This document shows positions 37,639 through 46,662 of a stretch of DNA of 50,654 bases, piece after piece. Numbering within the stretch: position 1 is the stretch's first letter; each line of letters begins with the position of its first letter. Under the pieces are notes generated by a model that made no database searches, had not been told where the DNA came from, and saw only the letters and a list, made by a program, of their open reading frames with translations. The translations under genes were made by a program, and so were the position numbers. Origin of the DNA: a virus (lineage: Duplodnaviria > Caudoviricetes); IMG/VR virus record IMGVR_UViG_3300016665_000418, positions 1-50,654 of that record; one strand, given 5' to 3'.

Positions 37639-38240
37639 AACTCTTAAAAGAATTCAAAGAATTTAACTACGAAATAATAAAAGAAGACGCATCTGATGGA
37701 AAGCCAGGAAAGCTTTTTGTTAAAGGCGTTATTCAACGTGCTGACACTCTTAATCAGAATGGACGTATATACCCAAAAGATATTCTATTCAAAGAAGTAG
37801 AAAACTATAAAAAAGTTGTTATGGAACGTCGTGCAATGGGTGAACTTGATCACGCTGATGACCCAGTTGTAAATCTTAAGAACGTTTCCCATCTTATAAC
37901 AGACATCTGGGCAGATGATGAAGTTATCTTTGGAAAGATTGAAATTCTTCCAACTCCAATGGGTAACATTGCTCGTAATCTTATTGAAAGCAATGTAAAG
38001 ATTGGCATTTCATCTCGTGCTCTTGGTTCCGTAAGAAGCCGAGGAGATGCAGATATAGTTCAAGATGACCTTCATCTTATTTGTTGGGATTTGGTTTCAG
38101 AACCATCAACCCCAGGTGCATACATGATGCGTGAGGCAAAAGAAGTAGACCCTCGTATTCTTAGTAAGATATTCTCCAAGAGTGATCGTTTAGATCGTAT
38201 TGCGAACGATATCCTTGGAATTAAGAAGGGTCGCATATGA
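37635..38240 (+). CDS. Prohead core protease (T4 gp21-like)
   Basis: NQNGRIYP, GELDH, NVSH, IGISSRALGS, WDLVSEPSTPGA. Confidence 0.95.
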   Translation: MKLLKEFKEFNYEIIKEDASDGKPGKLFVKGVIQRADTLNQNGRIYPKDILFKEVENYKKVVMERRAMGELDHADDPVVNLKNVSHLITDIWADDEVIFGKIEILPTPMGNIARNLIESNVKIGISSRALGSVRSRGDADIVQDDLHLICWDLVSEPSTPGAYMMREAKEVDPRILSKIFSKSDRLDRIANDILGIKKGRI

Positions 38241-38791
38241 AAATGTCAAAATCGGATTTCAAAGGTTTGATTAAAGAATGTATCCGTGAATTAATTAAAG
38301 AGGGTGCATTCAATGAAGTTGTCACAGTCATGGCAGAAAATGCAAATCCAACTAATTCTATAAGAGTTGCTGCTCGTGATATGGTTAATCAGAAAAATCC
38401 TGTAGATGCAGCACGTGCTCGAGCTGCTGCTGCTCGTATGGCTGGTTATGATGATTTTGGTTTTACTTCTGAAGCAACAGATGTGCCAACGTCTTCCGCC
38501 CCGATGAATCAAAATATGAAAAAGCTAGTTGAAGCCACTTCTACTCAAATGAGTAAGGGTGATAGCAAAATGGCTAGCGCATATGCTGCTATTCTTGCAG
38601 ATACAGCAATGCATACTTTGCCACAACAAATGGCACAAGATCCATCAAGAAATGGTGGTTACGGCGCAATGGCTGCTGCTGGTATGCAAGGTGCCCAAGA
38701 AAAAGTTGCTCCACAAGAATTACAAGCAATTGCCCCTTCTGGTGACGTATCTCATTGGGCTAAATTGGCATTTGGAAAATATACTAAATAA
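38237..38791 (+). CDS. Hypothetical head-associated protein
   Basis: N-terminal FKGLIKECIRELIKE leader. Confidence 0.75.
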   Translation: MKMSKSDFKGLIKECIRELIKEGAFNEVVTVMAENANPTNSIRVAARDMVNQKNPVDAARARAAAARMAGYDDFGFTSEATDVPTSSAPMNQNMKKLVEATSTQMSKGDSKMASAYAAILADTAMHTLPQQMAQDPSRNGGYGAMAAAGMQGAQEKVAPQELQAIAPSGDVSHWAKLAFGKYTK

Positions 38792-38852
38792 TTGATTTGC
38801 AGTTAATAGTTATTAATGCAACATATTTACTTTTTAGTAAAGGATCCTGGCA

Positions 38853-39347
38853 ATGGCATACACACCAAAACAAATATTAGTTGAATTACCAAAAAACAGA
38901 GGAACTGGCGGAATCGGATCTGCAAACTATGACTCTTTACAAAAAGCATATCCTGGTTCTCCGGTTTATTCTGGTGAGCTCGACGATGAAAAAGTAGCAA
39001 ATCAATATATTGATATAGTAACTGATGCCGTTGTTGATGATTTAGGTCATGCGTTTGGAAAAGTTGACTTAAATTATACTGGTGCTCCAAATCTAGAAGA
39101 CGTGGTTGTAGGAGGTGGTGGACTTCCAGGTTCTCCATATGCTCCAAATATTGCTTCCCCGCCAACAGGACAAAATCCGGCAGATATCCCAGCTTCTGGT
39201 GTAGACGCAACCAAAGTTTCACAAGGTTCAGGCGCACCATTCTCTGGTGATGGACTAGCAAATCCACGTGACACTTCAAGAAACGTTTCAAAAATAACAA
39301 TTGGCAGCTTGCCACCAGTAGGAAAAAGTTCTAGAACAACAGGCTGA
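38853..39347 (+). CDS. Hypothetical virion protein (Gly/Pro-rich)
   Basis: Position within the head module. Confidence 0.7.
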   Translation: MAYTPKQILVELPKNRGTGGIGSANYDSLQKAYPGSPVYSGELDDEKVANQYIDIVTDAVVDDLGHAFGKVDLNYTGAPNLEDVVVGGGGLPGSPYAPNIASPPTGQNPADIPASGVDATKVSQGSGAPFSGDGLANPRDTSRNVSKITIGSLPPVGKSSRTTG

Positions 39348-39365
39348 TTATAAAGGATATTTAAA

Positions 39366-41399
39366 ATGAGCGATTTATACAAAGAAGCACTCGCTGACGC
39401 AGCAAAGATTCGTGAAATAGCCGAGCAAGATGCTCGCAATAGCATTCTTGAAAAGATATCTCCTTACATCAAGCAAATGATAGCTAAGGAAGCTTCTAAC
39501 TCTTTCTTGTTAGAACAAGAAGAAACTGAAACGTTACCGGTGTCGAGTGTTGAGCCTGCACCTGTGGCATCTCCAGAGGTTCCTTCTTCAGATGTAACCG
39601 TGTCTTCAGAAATGCCAATTGCGGCATCCGGTGGTTCAGATGTTGTAAATGTTCCAATGCCAACTGGCATGGACGGCAAGATCACTCTTAACTTTGATGA
39701 CTTGTTTGCTGGCGATACTTCAAGTGATGTTGTTAATCCGATAGATATGGGCGCACCATCTTCAGAGGAAATAGCAACTGTAACTCCTCCAACCGATATG
39801 GCACCATCTGCACCAGTAGAAGTTCCAGCCGTAGCTTCAGAAGTGGCTCCAGAACTCCCACCTGCCGCAGAAGCAGGTCCAACACCAGCACCAGAAACTG
39901 CTGGTGCCGCAGCCGAAGAAGAAGCTGTTCCGGAACCAGTTCCAGCAGCACCAATTGCTGAAGCAAAAACAGTAAAACAATTTGAACGTCAACTTGCTGA
40001 AATGGCAGTTAAGATTGATCGTATGTATTCTACAAAAGTTTCGGCTCTTACACAAGATGCCTATAAAACTAAGCTTTTTTCATTATTAGAGCAGCTTGAT
40101 AATCTTGCTGCGAACAAGGTAATAACACCAAAACAAGCACAATTGAACGAAAATAGATTAGAATTTTTGTTCTTACATTTGAAAGAAGCAAATTTGAACA
40201 ATAGTTATAACACAAAGGACAAGGACACAACTATGACAACTCTTAAAGAATTCGCAGCAAAACTTTTCGAAAGCGCAGACTCAGAACGTCTTGCAAAAGA
40301 CAGCCAAAGCACCGGTGAAACTGGCGTAGCAGTTCACAAAGCAGCAACAGCCCACGCACAAAGCGTAGACGGCGTTCAAGCTGATCTCTTCGGTGGCGCT
40401 GTCAAGACTGTTGAAGCTCGCCATGCAGCCGCAGGTTCTGTCGATGCAGAAGAACTTGAAGGTCTTGATGGTGAAGAAGGACCATGGGAAGAAGCTTTAC
40501 TTGAAGAAGTAGAAGCTGCACTCCGTGATGAACTTGATGCACACGAAGAACCAGAAGCAGGCGAAGTTCCAGCCGCTGTTAAAGATTCTGGCTACTTCGA
40601 AATCAGCGAAGCAGCTCTTAAAGAAGCAATTGCTAAGATCCGCAAAGAATCTGCTGGCAAGAAGGCAAAGCTTCGTGAAGGCGTTGAAGAAGATATGGTT
40701 CTTTCTGTTGAACTTCCAGATGAAGTTGAAGAACAACTTGCTGATGAAGACCTAGAAGTTGATCTTATGTTCTCCGGCGAAGAAGGCGAAGAAATGGGCG
40801 ACGAAGAAGAAGTAGTTGACCTTGATATGTCTTCCGCTGGTGCCGAAGGCGAAATGGGTTCTGAAGAAGAAGAAATGCTTCTTACAGATGAAGAAGAAGA
40901 GAAAGAAGAAGGAATGGACGAAATGGCAATGAAGCCAGTTATGGAATCCCGTTCCTCTGTTCGTAAAGCCCTTCTTGAAGCCCGTGTCCGTGAAGTTAAG
41001 GCACGTCGTCTTGCAGAAGCAAAGCGTGCAGAAGCTGCCACACTTAAGAAGGAAATGGCAGAAACAAACCTTTTCCTCTCCAAGCTTGTATATCTAAACA
41101 AGTTCCTTGTGAGAGAAGACCTTAGCCGCAAGGTTAAGCAACAAATCGTAGAACACCTTGATCGTGCAACAACAATTGCAGAAGCAAAGGAAATCTACGG
41201 AAAGATTGTTAAAAAGCTTGATGAAGCAGCAGCAGCGCACACTGCTCCTGTAGTTGGTTCGGCATCAAAGCCAACGACTGCTGGCAGCGCACGTCTCAAT
41301 GAGAGTGTAACAAGAGCTGCATCTACGAATGGTTCTGAACCAGTAATCGGAACGTTTGAGAAATGGCAGATCCTAGCTAACATCAAGAAAAATGGTTGA
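39366..41399 (+). CDS. Prohead core/scaffolding protein (gp22-like); possible internal start at 40233
   Basis: Acidic and coiled-coil; immediately upstream of the major capsid gene. Confidence 0.8.
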   Translation: MSDLYKEALADAAKIREIAEQDARNSILEKISPYIKQMIAKEASNSFLLEQEETETLPVSSVEPAPVASPEVPSSDVTVSSEMPIAASGGSDVVNVPMPTGMDGKITLNFDDLFAGDTSSDVVNPIDMGAPSSEEIATVTPPTDMAPSAPVEVPAVASEVAPELPPAAEAGPTPAPETAGAAAEEEAVPEPVPAAPIAEAKTVKQFERQLAEMAVKIDRMYSTKVSALTQDAYKTKLFSLLEQLDNLAANKVITPKQAQLNENRLEFLFLHLKEANLNNSYNTKDKDTTMTTLKEFAAKLFESADSERLAKDSQSTGETGVAVHKAATAHAQSVDGVQADLFGGAVKTVEARHAAAGSVDAEELEGLDGEEGPWEEALLEEVEAALRDELDAHEEPEAGEVPAAVKDSGYFEISEAALKEAIAKIRKESAGKKAKLREGVEEDMVLSVELPDEVEEQLADEDLEVDLMFSGEEGEEMGDEEEVVDLDMSSAGAEGEMGSEEEEMLLTDEEEEKEEGMDEMAMKPVMESRSSVRKALLEARVREVKARRLAEAKRAEAATLKKEMAETNLFLSKLVYLNKFLVREDLSRKVKQQIVEHLDRATTIAEAKEIYGKIVKKLDEAAAAHTAPVVGSASKPTTAGSARLNESVTRAASTNGSEPVIGTFEKWQILANIKKNG

Positions 41400-41448
41400 A
41401 AAATCAAAGCCGAATAAAAACTAAAAAACTATACAGGAGTATAAAAAA

Positions 41449-43359
41449 ATGAAATCTTCGTTCACATTATCACAATTAGCTGAAGGCGTTCACCGCAGAT
41501 CCCTCGGTGCAGACGCTCCACGTCTCATGAAGAAGTGGCAAGCAACCGGACTTCTTGAAGGTCTTAAGGGAGTTGCCAAGGACAACATGGCTCGTCTTCT
41601 TGAAAACCAAGCAGCAGAGCTCCTTAAGGAAAATGCAAACGCACTTTCCACAGGCGGCGCAAACCTCGCTTCCTCTGGTCAAGTAGTTGGTTTCACAAAC
41701 GTTGCATTCCCAATCGTTCGTAGAGTATTCGCTGGTCTTATCGCTAACGAGATCGTCTCCGTTCAGCCAATGAGCCTTCCAGCCGGACTTCTCTTCTACC
41801 TCGATTACACATACGGCAACAACGTTGGTGGAAATGCTGGTGTAAATCTTTCTAACAGCGCAACAACATCAACCTACACAGAAGGTCAATCAGTATACAA
41901 TAACCCACGTGGCGCTGGCGTCCGTTCCGGATCCCTTGCAACAGGTGGTATGTATGACCTCGTAGGCTCTGGCTACTCCAAGGTCCACAAGAACTCCATC
42001 TCCCTCTCTGCTTCAAATGCAGACGTTGGTGCATGGGGCGCCGCAGGCAATACTTGGACAGCAGCAGACACCGTATCAACAGCAGCAGAGTTCGTTGGTT
42101 TCAACGCTCGCTATGTTAACTACGATGGCAAAGTTGAAAATGACCTTGCAGATGGCGTTCTTGATTACTGCTTCATGTTCATGAGCGCAGCACAAATCAC
42201 ATCAAACATCGTCGGCGCTGATCTCACAGCTCTTGAGCAAGTTGCAATCACCGGTTTCGGTTCAACAGCACAAGGCGCAACAGCATGGGGCGAGTCTTAC
42301 CAAGGCGGCACAGGCGTACTTAACCTTCGTAAGCTTAATCGTCGTGGTAACTGGAACGGATCTGTATTCACACCAGATCCACTTAACGGTTCCCACGTAT
42401 TGTTCGTCCTTCGTCTAGGAAACTCTGGCGTAGTTCCAGGCGTTGGTGGTTATGTATCTGGTTCCGCAGCAATTGCTGATTCACAAGTAGTTGATCAAGC
42501 AACCGGCGCATCCCTTACAATCCCATCCTTCGAATCTAACTTCTCTGACGCAGGCTGGCCAGCATCTCCAGTTATTCCAGAAGTTGATATCCGTATCGAA
42601 TCAACCTCAGTAACTGCAACAACCCGTAAGCTCCGTGCTCGCTGGTCCCCAGAAATGGCTCAAGACCTTACAGCCTTCTACTCAATCGATATCGAAGTTG
42701 AACTTACAAACATCCTTTCTGAGATGATCACCCTCGAAATCGACCGTGAAATCCTTAACGACCTTCTTACACAAGCTGGCGCAGCAAACCTTTACTGGTC
42801 CCGTGCTCCAGGCAAGATCGTCAACAAGGTCACAGGCGCAGAGGCTCTACAATCTTCCAATCTCTCCGCAGGACCAATGGCATTCACAAACGTCCAAGAG
42901 TGGTATCAGACCCTTATTGAGACAATCTCCGACGTTGCAAACACAATCTACAAGAAGACCCTCCGTGGTTCTGCAAACTTCCTCGTCACATCACCAGACG
43001 TTTGCACAATCCTTGAGCACCTTGTAACCTACAAGCCAGCTTACCGCCTTGACTCCGATGGTCAAGTTCGTGACAGCATGACCGTAGGCGCAGAAGCAGT
43101 CGGTACACTCAATAACCGTTACACAGTCTATAAGGATCCATACTTCCCAGCTAACAAGATCCTCGTTGGTCTTAAGGGAAATACCTTCCTTGAGTCTGGT
43201 TACATCTACGCTCCATACGTTCCACTCATTCTTACACCAGTCATCTACGCACAAGAGGACTTCACCCCACGTAAGGGCGTAATGACACGTTACGGTAAGA
43301 GAATGGTTCGTAACGACTTCTACGGAACAGTTACAGTCCTTGACCTTAACCTTATCTGA
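41449..43359 (+). CDS. Major capsid protein (T4 gp23-like)
   Basis: PIVRRVF..LIANEIVSVQPMSLP.GL.F, RKLRARWSPEMAQDL, EIDREI, YAPYVPL, GVMTRYG. Confidence 0.97.
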   Translation: MKSSFTLSQLAEGVHRRSLGADAPRLMKKWQATGLLEGLKGVAKDNMARLLENQAAELLKENANALSTGGANLASSGQVVGFTNVAFPIVRRVFAGLIANEIVSVQPMSLPAGLLFYLDYTYGNNVGGNAGVNLSNSATTSTYTEGQSVYNNPRGAGVRSGSLATGGMYDLVGSGYSKVHKNSISLSASNADVGAWGAAGNTWTAADTVSTAAEFVGFNARYVNYDGKVENDLADGVLDYCFMFMSAAQITSNIVGADLTALEQVAITGFGSTAQGATAWGESYQGGTGVLNLRKLNRRGNWNGSVFTPDPLNGSHVLFVLRLGNSGVVPGVGGYVSGSAAIADSQVVDQATGASLTIPSFESNFSDAGWPASPVIPEVDIRIESTSVTATTRKLRARWSPEMAQDLTAFYSIDIEVELTNILSEMITLEIDREILNDLLTQAGAANLYWSRAPGKIVNKVTGAEALQSSNLSAGPMAFTNVQEWYQTLIETISDVANTIYKKTLRGSANFLVTSPDVCTILEHLVTYKPAYRLDSDGQVRDSMTVGAEAVGTLNNRYTVYKDPYFPANKILVGLKGNTFLESGYIYAPYVPLILTPVIYAQEDFTPRKGVMTRYGKRMVRNDFYGTVTVLDLNLI

Positions 43360-43380
43360 TAGAAATCGGTAAAACGATCT

Positions 43381-43415
43381 GAAGAGGGACCGGCAGAAAT
43401 GTCGGTCCTTTTTCT
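43381..43415 (+). terminator. Intrinsic terminator after the capsid gene
   Basis: AGGGACCGGCA-GAAA-TGTCGGTCCTT plus Ts. Confidence 0.88.
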
Positions 43416-43461
43416 ATTTATATACAACAGAATTATAATTTGTTACGATTACTTAACGCTA

Positions 43462-43809
43462 ATGGGTAAGCTCTTTAAGATAAGACGTGCAAACAGATTT
43501 CATCCATTTGATGTTCCTGCTCCATATGGTTTTCTTGTTAAGAAAACAGAAAAAGGAGAATGGGCAAGCATATGTTATGATGAAAATGCCGGAATTAATA
43601 AAAGAGAAATAGAACCGGATTTAGAAGAATATTCTTTTCTTGAACCAAATTCTGTTGTTCTACAATTAGAAGAAAGTGTTATAGGAAAAGATTTAGAGTG
43701 CTTTAGTAAAACCGTAAAAGGCAAGTATGTTCCAGACGGAAACTATATTCCTTGTCTGCTTAATGAACGGTTATTGCTTATTAAAGCAGAATTCCTAAAG
43801 CCCATATGA
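43462..43809 (+). CDS. Hypothetical protein
   Basis: Start moved downstream of the terminator to ATG 43462. Confidence 0.7.
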   Translation: MGKLFKIRRANRFHPFDVPAPYGFLVKKTEKGEWASICYDENAGINKREIEPDLEEYSFLEPNSVVLQLEESVIGKDLECFSKTVKGKYVPDGNYIPCLLNERLLLIKAEFLKPI

Positions 43810-43827
43810 TATAAGGTAAATAAATAG

Positions 43828-43856
43828 TTGATATTCAATATCCTTTATGTTAAGAT
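43828..43856 (+). promoter_or_regulatory. Sigma70-type early promoter, leaderless
   Basis: AAATAG-TTGATA-17-(TGT)TAAGAT, 6 nt before ATG 43863. Confidence 0.75.
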
Positions 43857-43862
43857 TAAGGC

Positions 43863-44531
43863 ATGAATTACCATCGTCCTCATCATCGTTTTGATACTTC
43901 TACTGGCTTCCATGTTTTTGCAAAAGATCCGGATACCGAGACTGTGTATGGCAATTATCGTTTTAAGTGGACGGTAATCCCGCCCGTTGAGGAAGCATAC
44001 TATGCTCGCACCCGTGTTCATCTTTCTGTTGATGATGGACAGACTTGGATGGAAGAAAATAGTATTTGGTCGCTATATAGCGTTAATTATAGCCTGACTG
44101 GCACCTATCACGATAACAATAGTGATCTCAATAAGGCAATTAGTTACGTCCGTAATGAATGGAAGATTGCACGTCGTAAGAGGCTTGATAGAGAGCGTCG
44201 TGAGGAGTTTAATGCCCTTCCTCCGGAGCAGCGGGCTCTAATCAAGACAGCCCGTTCGGAGGCGTGGAAGCTTCGTAGACAAAAGGCAGAGGACCGCCGA
44301 ATGGAGCGGACTGCAAGGATTATGAATCAAGTGCTTGAATTTGGACCTGATCTTGTTCGTCTCAAGGAAGAAATTGAAGGTTTGCTTGCGGTTATGGCAA
44401 AGGGTGGTATGGATCGTCCTCTTGCCTATTATCATGGTCGCCGCCGTTGGATTAATGGAGCCAAGTGGTATATTAGTGGATATCGCCGTGATATTGAGGC
44501 TGCACAGAAGCGGACTGCTGGTAAGCGATAA
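43863..44531 (+). CDS. Hypothetical early protein
   Basis: 222 aa; basic helical C-terminal half. Confidence 0.8.
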   Translation: MNYHRPHHRFDTSTGFHVFAKDPDTETVYGNYRFKWTVIPPVEEAYYARTRVHLSVDDGQTWMEENSIWSLYSVNYSLTGTYHDNNSDLNKAISYVRNEWKIARRKRLDRERREEFNALPPEQRALIKTARSEAWKLRRQKAEDRRMERTARIMNQVLEFGPDLVRLKEEIEGLLAVMAKGGMDRPLAYYHGRRRWINGAKWYISGYRRDIEAAQKRTAGKR

Positions 44532-44576
44532 ACATTAGGTTATAAATTTAATAGAACCTGTCTCATTATAATCGCT

Positions 44577-45797
44577 ATGAGACAGGTTTTAATATTTTTA
44601 GCGGTTTTATTCATAGGTTGTACCGACAGAACAACTTTACTTGTAGATGCAGGAATTCCTGACAGCGGCGTTAATGAACCGGTTTGTTCTTCTGATGCCG
44701 GAATAGAAAACGACATTAATAACTGCGGTGCTTGTGGTTACTCTTGTCCACCTTTTATAACCGATCGATGTGTAGAAAATCTATGTCTTTGCGGCAATTC
44801 CCCGGCTTGCGATTCCTCTACGGAAGAATGCCGTTTTGGAGTATGTAGACCTTCCGATCCAACCGGTGATATTTGTGAGTTTGATGGTGAATGTGGATAT
44901 CCAGAATCCGGATATGGTTGCATTATGGGACATTGTTCCAGAATAGAATGTGTTCCGGAAATATGTGATAATCTTGATAATGATTGTGATGGAACAATAG
45001 ATGGAGATAGTAGGGGTCCAGTATCTCGTTGGTGTTATGATAGAGATTTAGGAGCTACAGAAATATTGCATCCTCCATGTGAACGTGGCGTTCAAGTATG
45101 TTACGGTGGTTATTGGGATGATTGTATTGGAGCAGTTAGTCCACGTTCTGAGGCTGGAACTTTTGCTTGTGATGGTATTGACAACGATTGTGATGGTTGC
45201 ATAGACTCTGTGTTCTATGATGGAAGTTGTCATGCCGCTCCTACAAACGGTTTTGATGTTGTTTATGCTATAGATACGTCTGGTAGCATGGCTTCAAGAA
45301 TAGAAGCCGTTAAACAGGCTACAGCAGAGTTTACTTCTATATTCAGCGGTAATCCTGCATTTAGATTTGGTCTTGTATTGGTTCCTGGTGCTATAGACGA
45401 AAGAGTTCAAGTTATCAGTTCTCTTGTTCCATTCACAACATTTAGTTCTGTGTTGAACAGCAGTATGTTGAGCATTAGTGGCGGTAGTGAACCTTCATAT
45501 GATGCAATATATCTTCTTGGAACAGATGATTTGAGAATTGGTTGGCGTCGTGATACTGTAAGAATTATAATTCTTTTTACCGACGAACAGGGTCAAAGTT
45601 ATCTATCTCCAAGAATAACAAATCAAGCAGCTTGTGATGCTTTAACTCATGGTGAAGTATTCGCATATGTCACAGATCCTTTGCTTGCAAGAACGTTCAA
45701 TGCTTGTGGTCAATTCTTTGAGCTAACAAGCGATCCTATTGCAATGGCAGAAGCATTGAGAAGCATTATCCAGAATCCATGCACTCCAGCACCTTGA
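44577..45797 (+). CDS. Cys-rich lipoprotein with C-terminal vWA domain (myxobacterial type)
   Basis: Lipobox-like FIGC; NNCGACGYSC; two CDxxDNDCDGxID repeats; MIDAS DTSGSM; ILFTDE. Confidence 0.88.
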   Translation: MRQVLIFLAVLFIGCTDRTTLLVDAGIPDSGVNEPVCSSDAGIENDINNCGACGYSCPPFITDRCVENLCLCGNSPACDSSTEECRFGVCRPSDPTGDICEFDGECGYPESGYGCIMGHCSRIECVPEICDNLDNDCDGTIDGDSRGPVSRWCYDRDLGATEILHPPCERGVQVCYGGYWDDCIGAVSPRSEAGTFACDGIDNDCDGCIDSVFYDGSCHAAPTNGFDVVYAIDTSGSMASRIEAVKQATAEFTSIFSGNPAFRFGLVLVPGAIDERVQVISSLVPFTTFSSVLNSSMLSISGGSEPSYDAIYLLGTDDLRIGWRRDTVRIIILFTDEQGQSYLSPRITNQAACDALTHGEVFAYVTDPLLARTFNACGQFFELTSDPIAMAEALRSIIQNPCTPAP

Positions 45798-45818
45798 TAT
45801 TATTGAAGAATTAATGTC

Positions 45819-45847
45819 TTGAAATATTCTATTATTCATGTTATGCT
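45819..45847 (+). promoter_or_regulatory. Sigma70-type early promoter, leaderless
   Basis: TTGAAA-17-(TGT)TATGCT, 6 nt before ATG 45854. Confidence 0.78.
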
Positions 45848-45853
45848 GATAAT

Positions 45854-46033
45854 ATGAAGACTGAAAAGAGCCAGTTGGTTTTTGACGAGCGTGGTCAGGT
45901 TGATATGTGCCGCAGTTACGGTCATACGTGGACTGACTGGTATCGTTATCGCTCTGGCGGCGAGGGAAGGCATTGCTACCTTTGCCATGATGGTGAGAAG
46001 CGCCCTGCCACGCTTTCCTCGGTGGAGGTTTGA
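45854..46033 (+). CDS. Small Zn-binding protein, 59 aa (not in the ORF track)
   Basis: MKTEKSQLVFDERGQVDMCRSYGHTW...RHCYLC...; C...GH.W...CxxC motif. Confidence 0.75.
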   Translation: MKTEKSQLVFDERGQVDMCRSYGHTWTDWYRYRSGGEGRHCYLCHDGEKRPATLSSVEV

Positions 46034-46035
46034 AT

Positions 46036-46197
46036 ATGGTTCATGATCGTCGTAATCGTCGTATTGGGGATATTCAGCGTGATCTTCGTCCTGATCAGGG
46101 TGGTGAAGTTTTGAGCGAGTTTATGCTTGAGGTTGTTTGGCCTGTTGCCACCTTTGTTGTTCTAATGACATTGGTTGTTCTTGTGGTATATCTATGA
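46036..46197 (+). CDS. Small membrane-anchored protein, 53 aa (not in the ORF track)
   Basis: GGAGG SD; C-terminal VVWPVATFVVLMTLVVLVVYL. Confidence 0.7.
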   Translation: MVHDRRNRRIGDIQRDLRPDQGGEVLSEFMLEVVWPVATFVVLMTLVVLVVYL

Positions 46198-46370
46198 TAA
46201 AGCCGCTTAATACAGAACTTAATAGAACGCTATTAGCCACAAAGGTTATCAATAACTTTACAGAAGAAGAAGTAAGAGAATTCGCAATTTTTATTTTGGC
46301 GTCCTCATATGATAAGGATTCCACTTACTTTTTTTCTGATTGGGAAAGATATAACAGCGACGATGAATGA
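46194..46370 (+). CDS. Hypothetical protein
   Basis: ATGA-coupled start at 46194. Confidence 0.65.
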   Translation: MIKPLNTELNRTLLATKVINNFTEEEVREFAIFILASSYDKDSTYFFSDWERYNSDDE

Positions 46371-46662
46371 ACTCCGTGTGGGCGGCATGGTAAGGTTGGT
46401 TAACCCTTCCGGTAGCAATGAGTGGAACGTAAGTGTATATTTTTGTCAGGAAGATCAGACTTTGGAGCATGGTCGGCTTCCTGTTAATTCTATTGGCGTG
46501 GTTATCGATAAAAGTTATCATGTAGGAGTATATACAGTTCTATTTGGCGATAGGACTATTATAACGTCCGATACATACATTAAACCTTATCATGGCGAGG
46601 AACTATTTATGGAATATGCAGACTATGAAGGATATATTCCGCATATGGAATCAACAGAGTAA
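46363..46662 (+). CDS. Hypothetical protein (possibly SH3/KOW-like)
   Basis: MNELRVGGMVRL; start moved to ATG 46363. Confidence 0.65.
   Translation: MNELRVGGMVRLVNPSGSNEWNVSVYFCQEDQTLEHGRLPVNSIGVVIDKSYHVGVYTVLFGDRTIITSDTYIKPYHGEELFMEYADYEGYIPHMESTE

Noticed and set aside
40592-41131. 179-aa Ser-rich minus-strand ORF and similar short antisense or alternate-frame ORFs
   Set aside because: Mirror of GAA-rich sense codons; these lie within well-supported genes.
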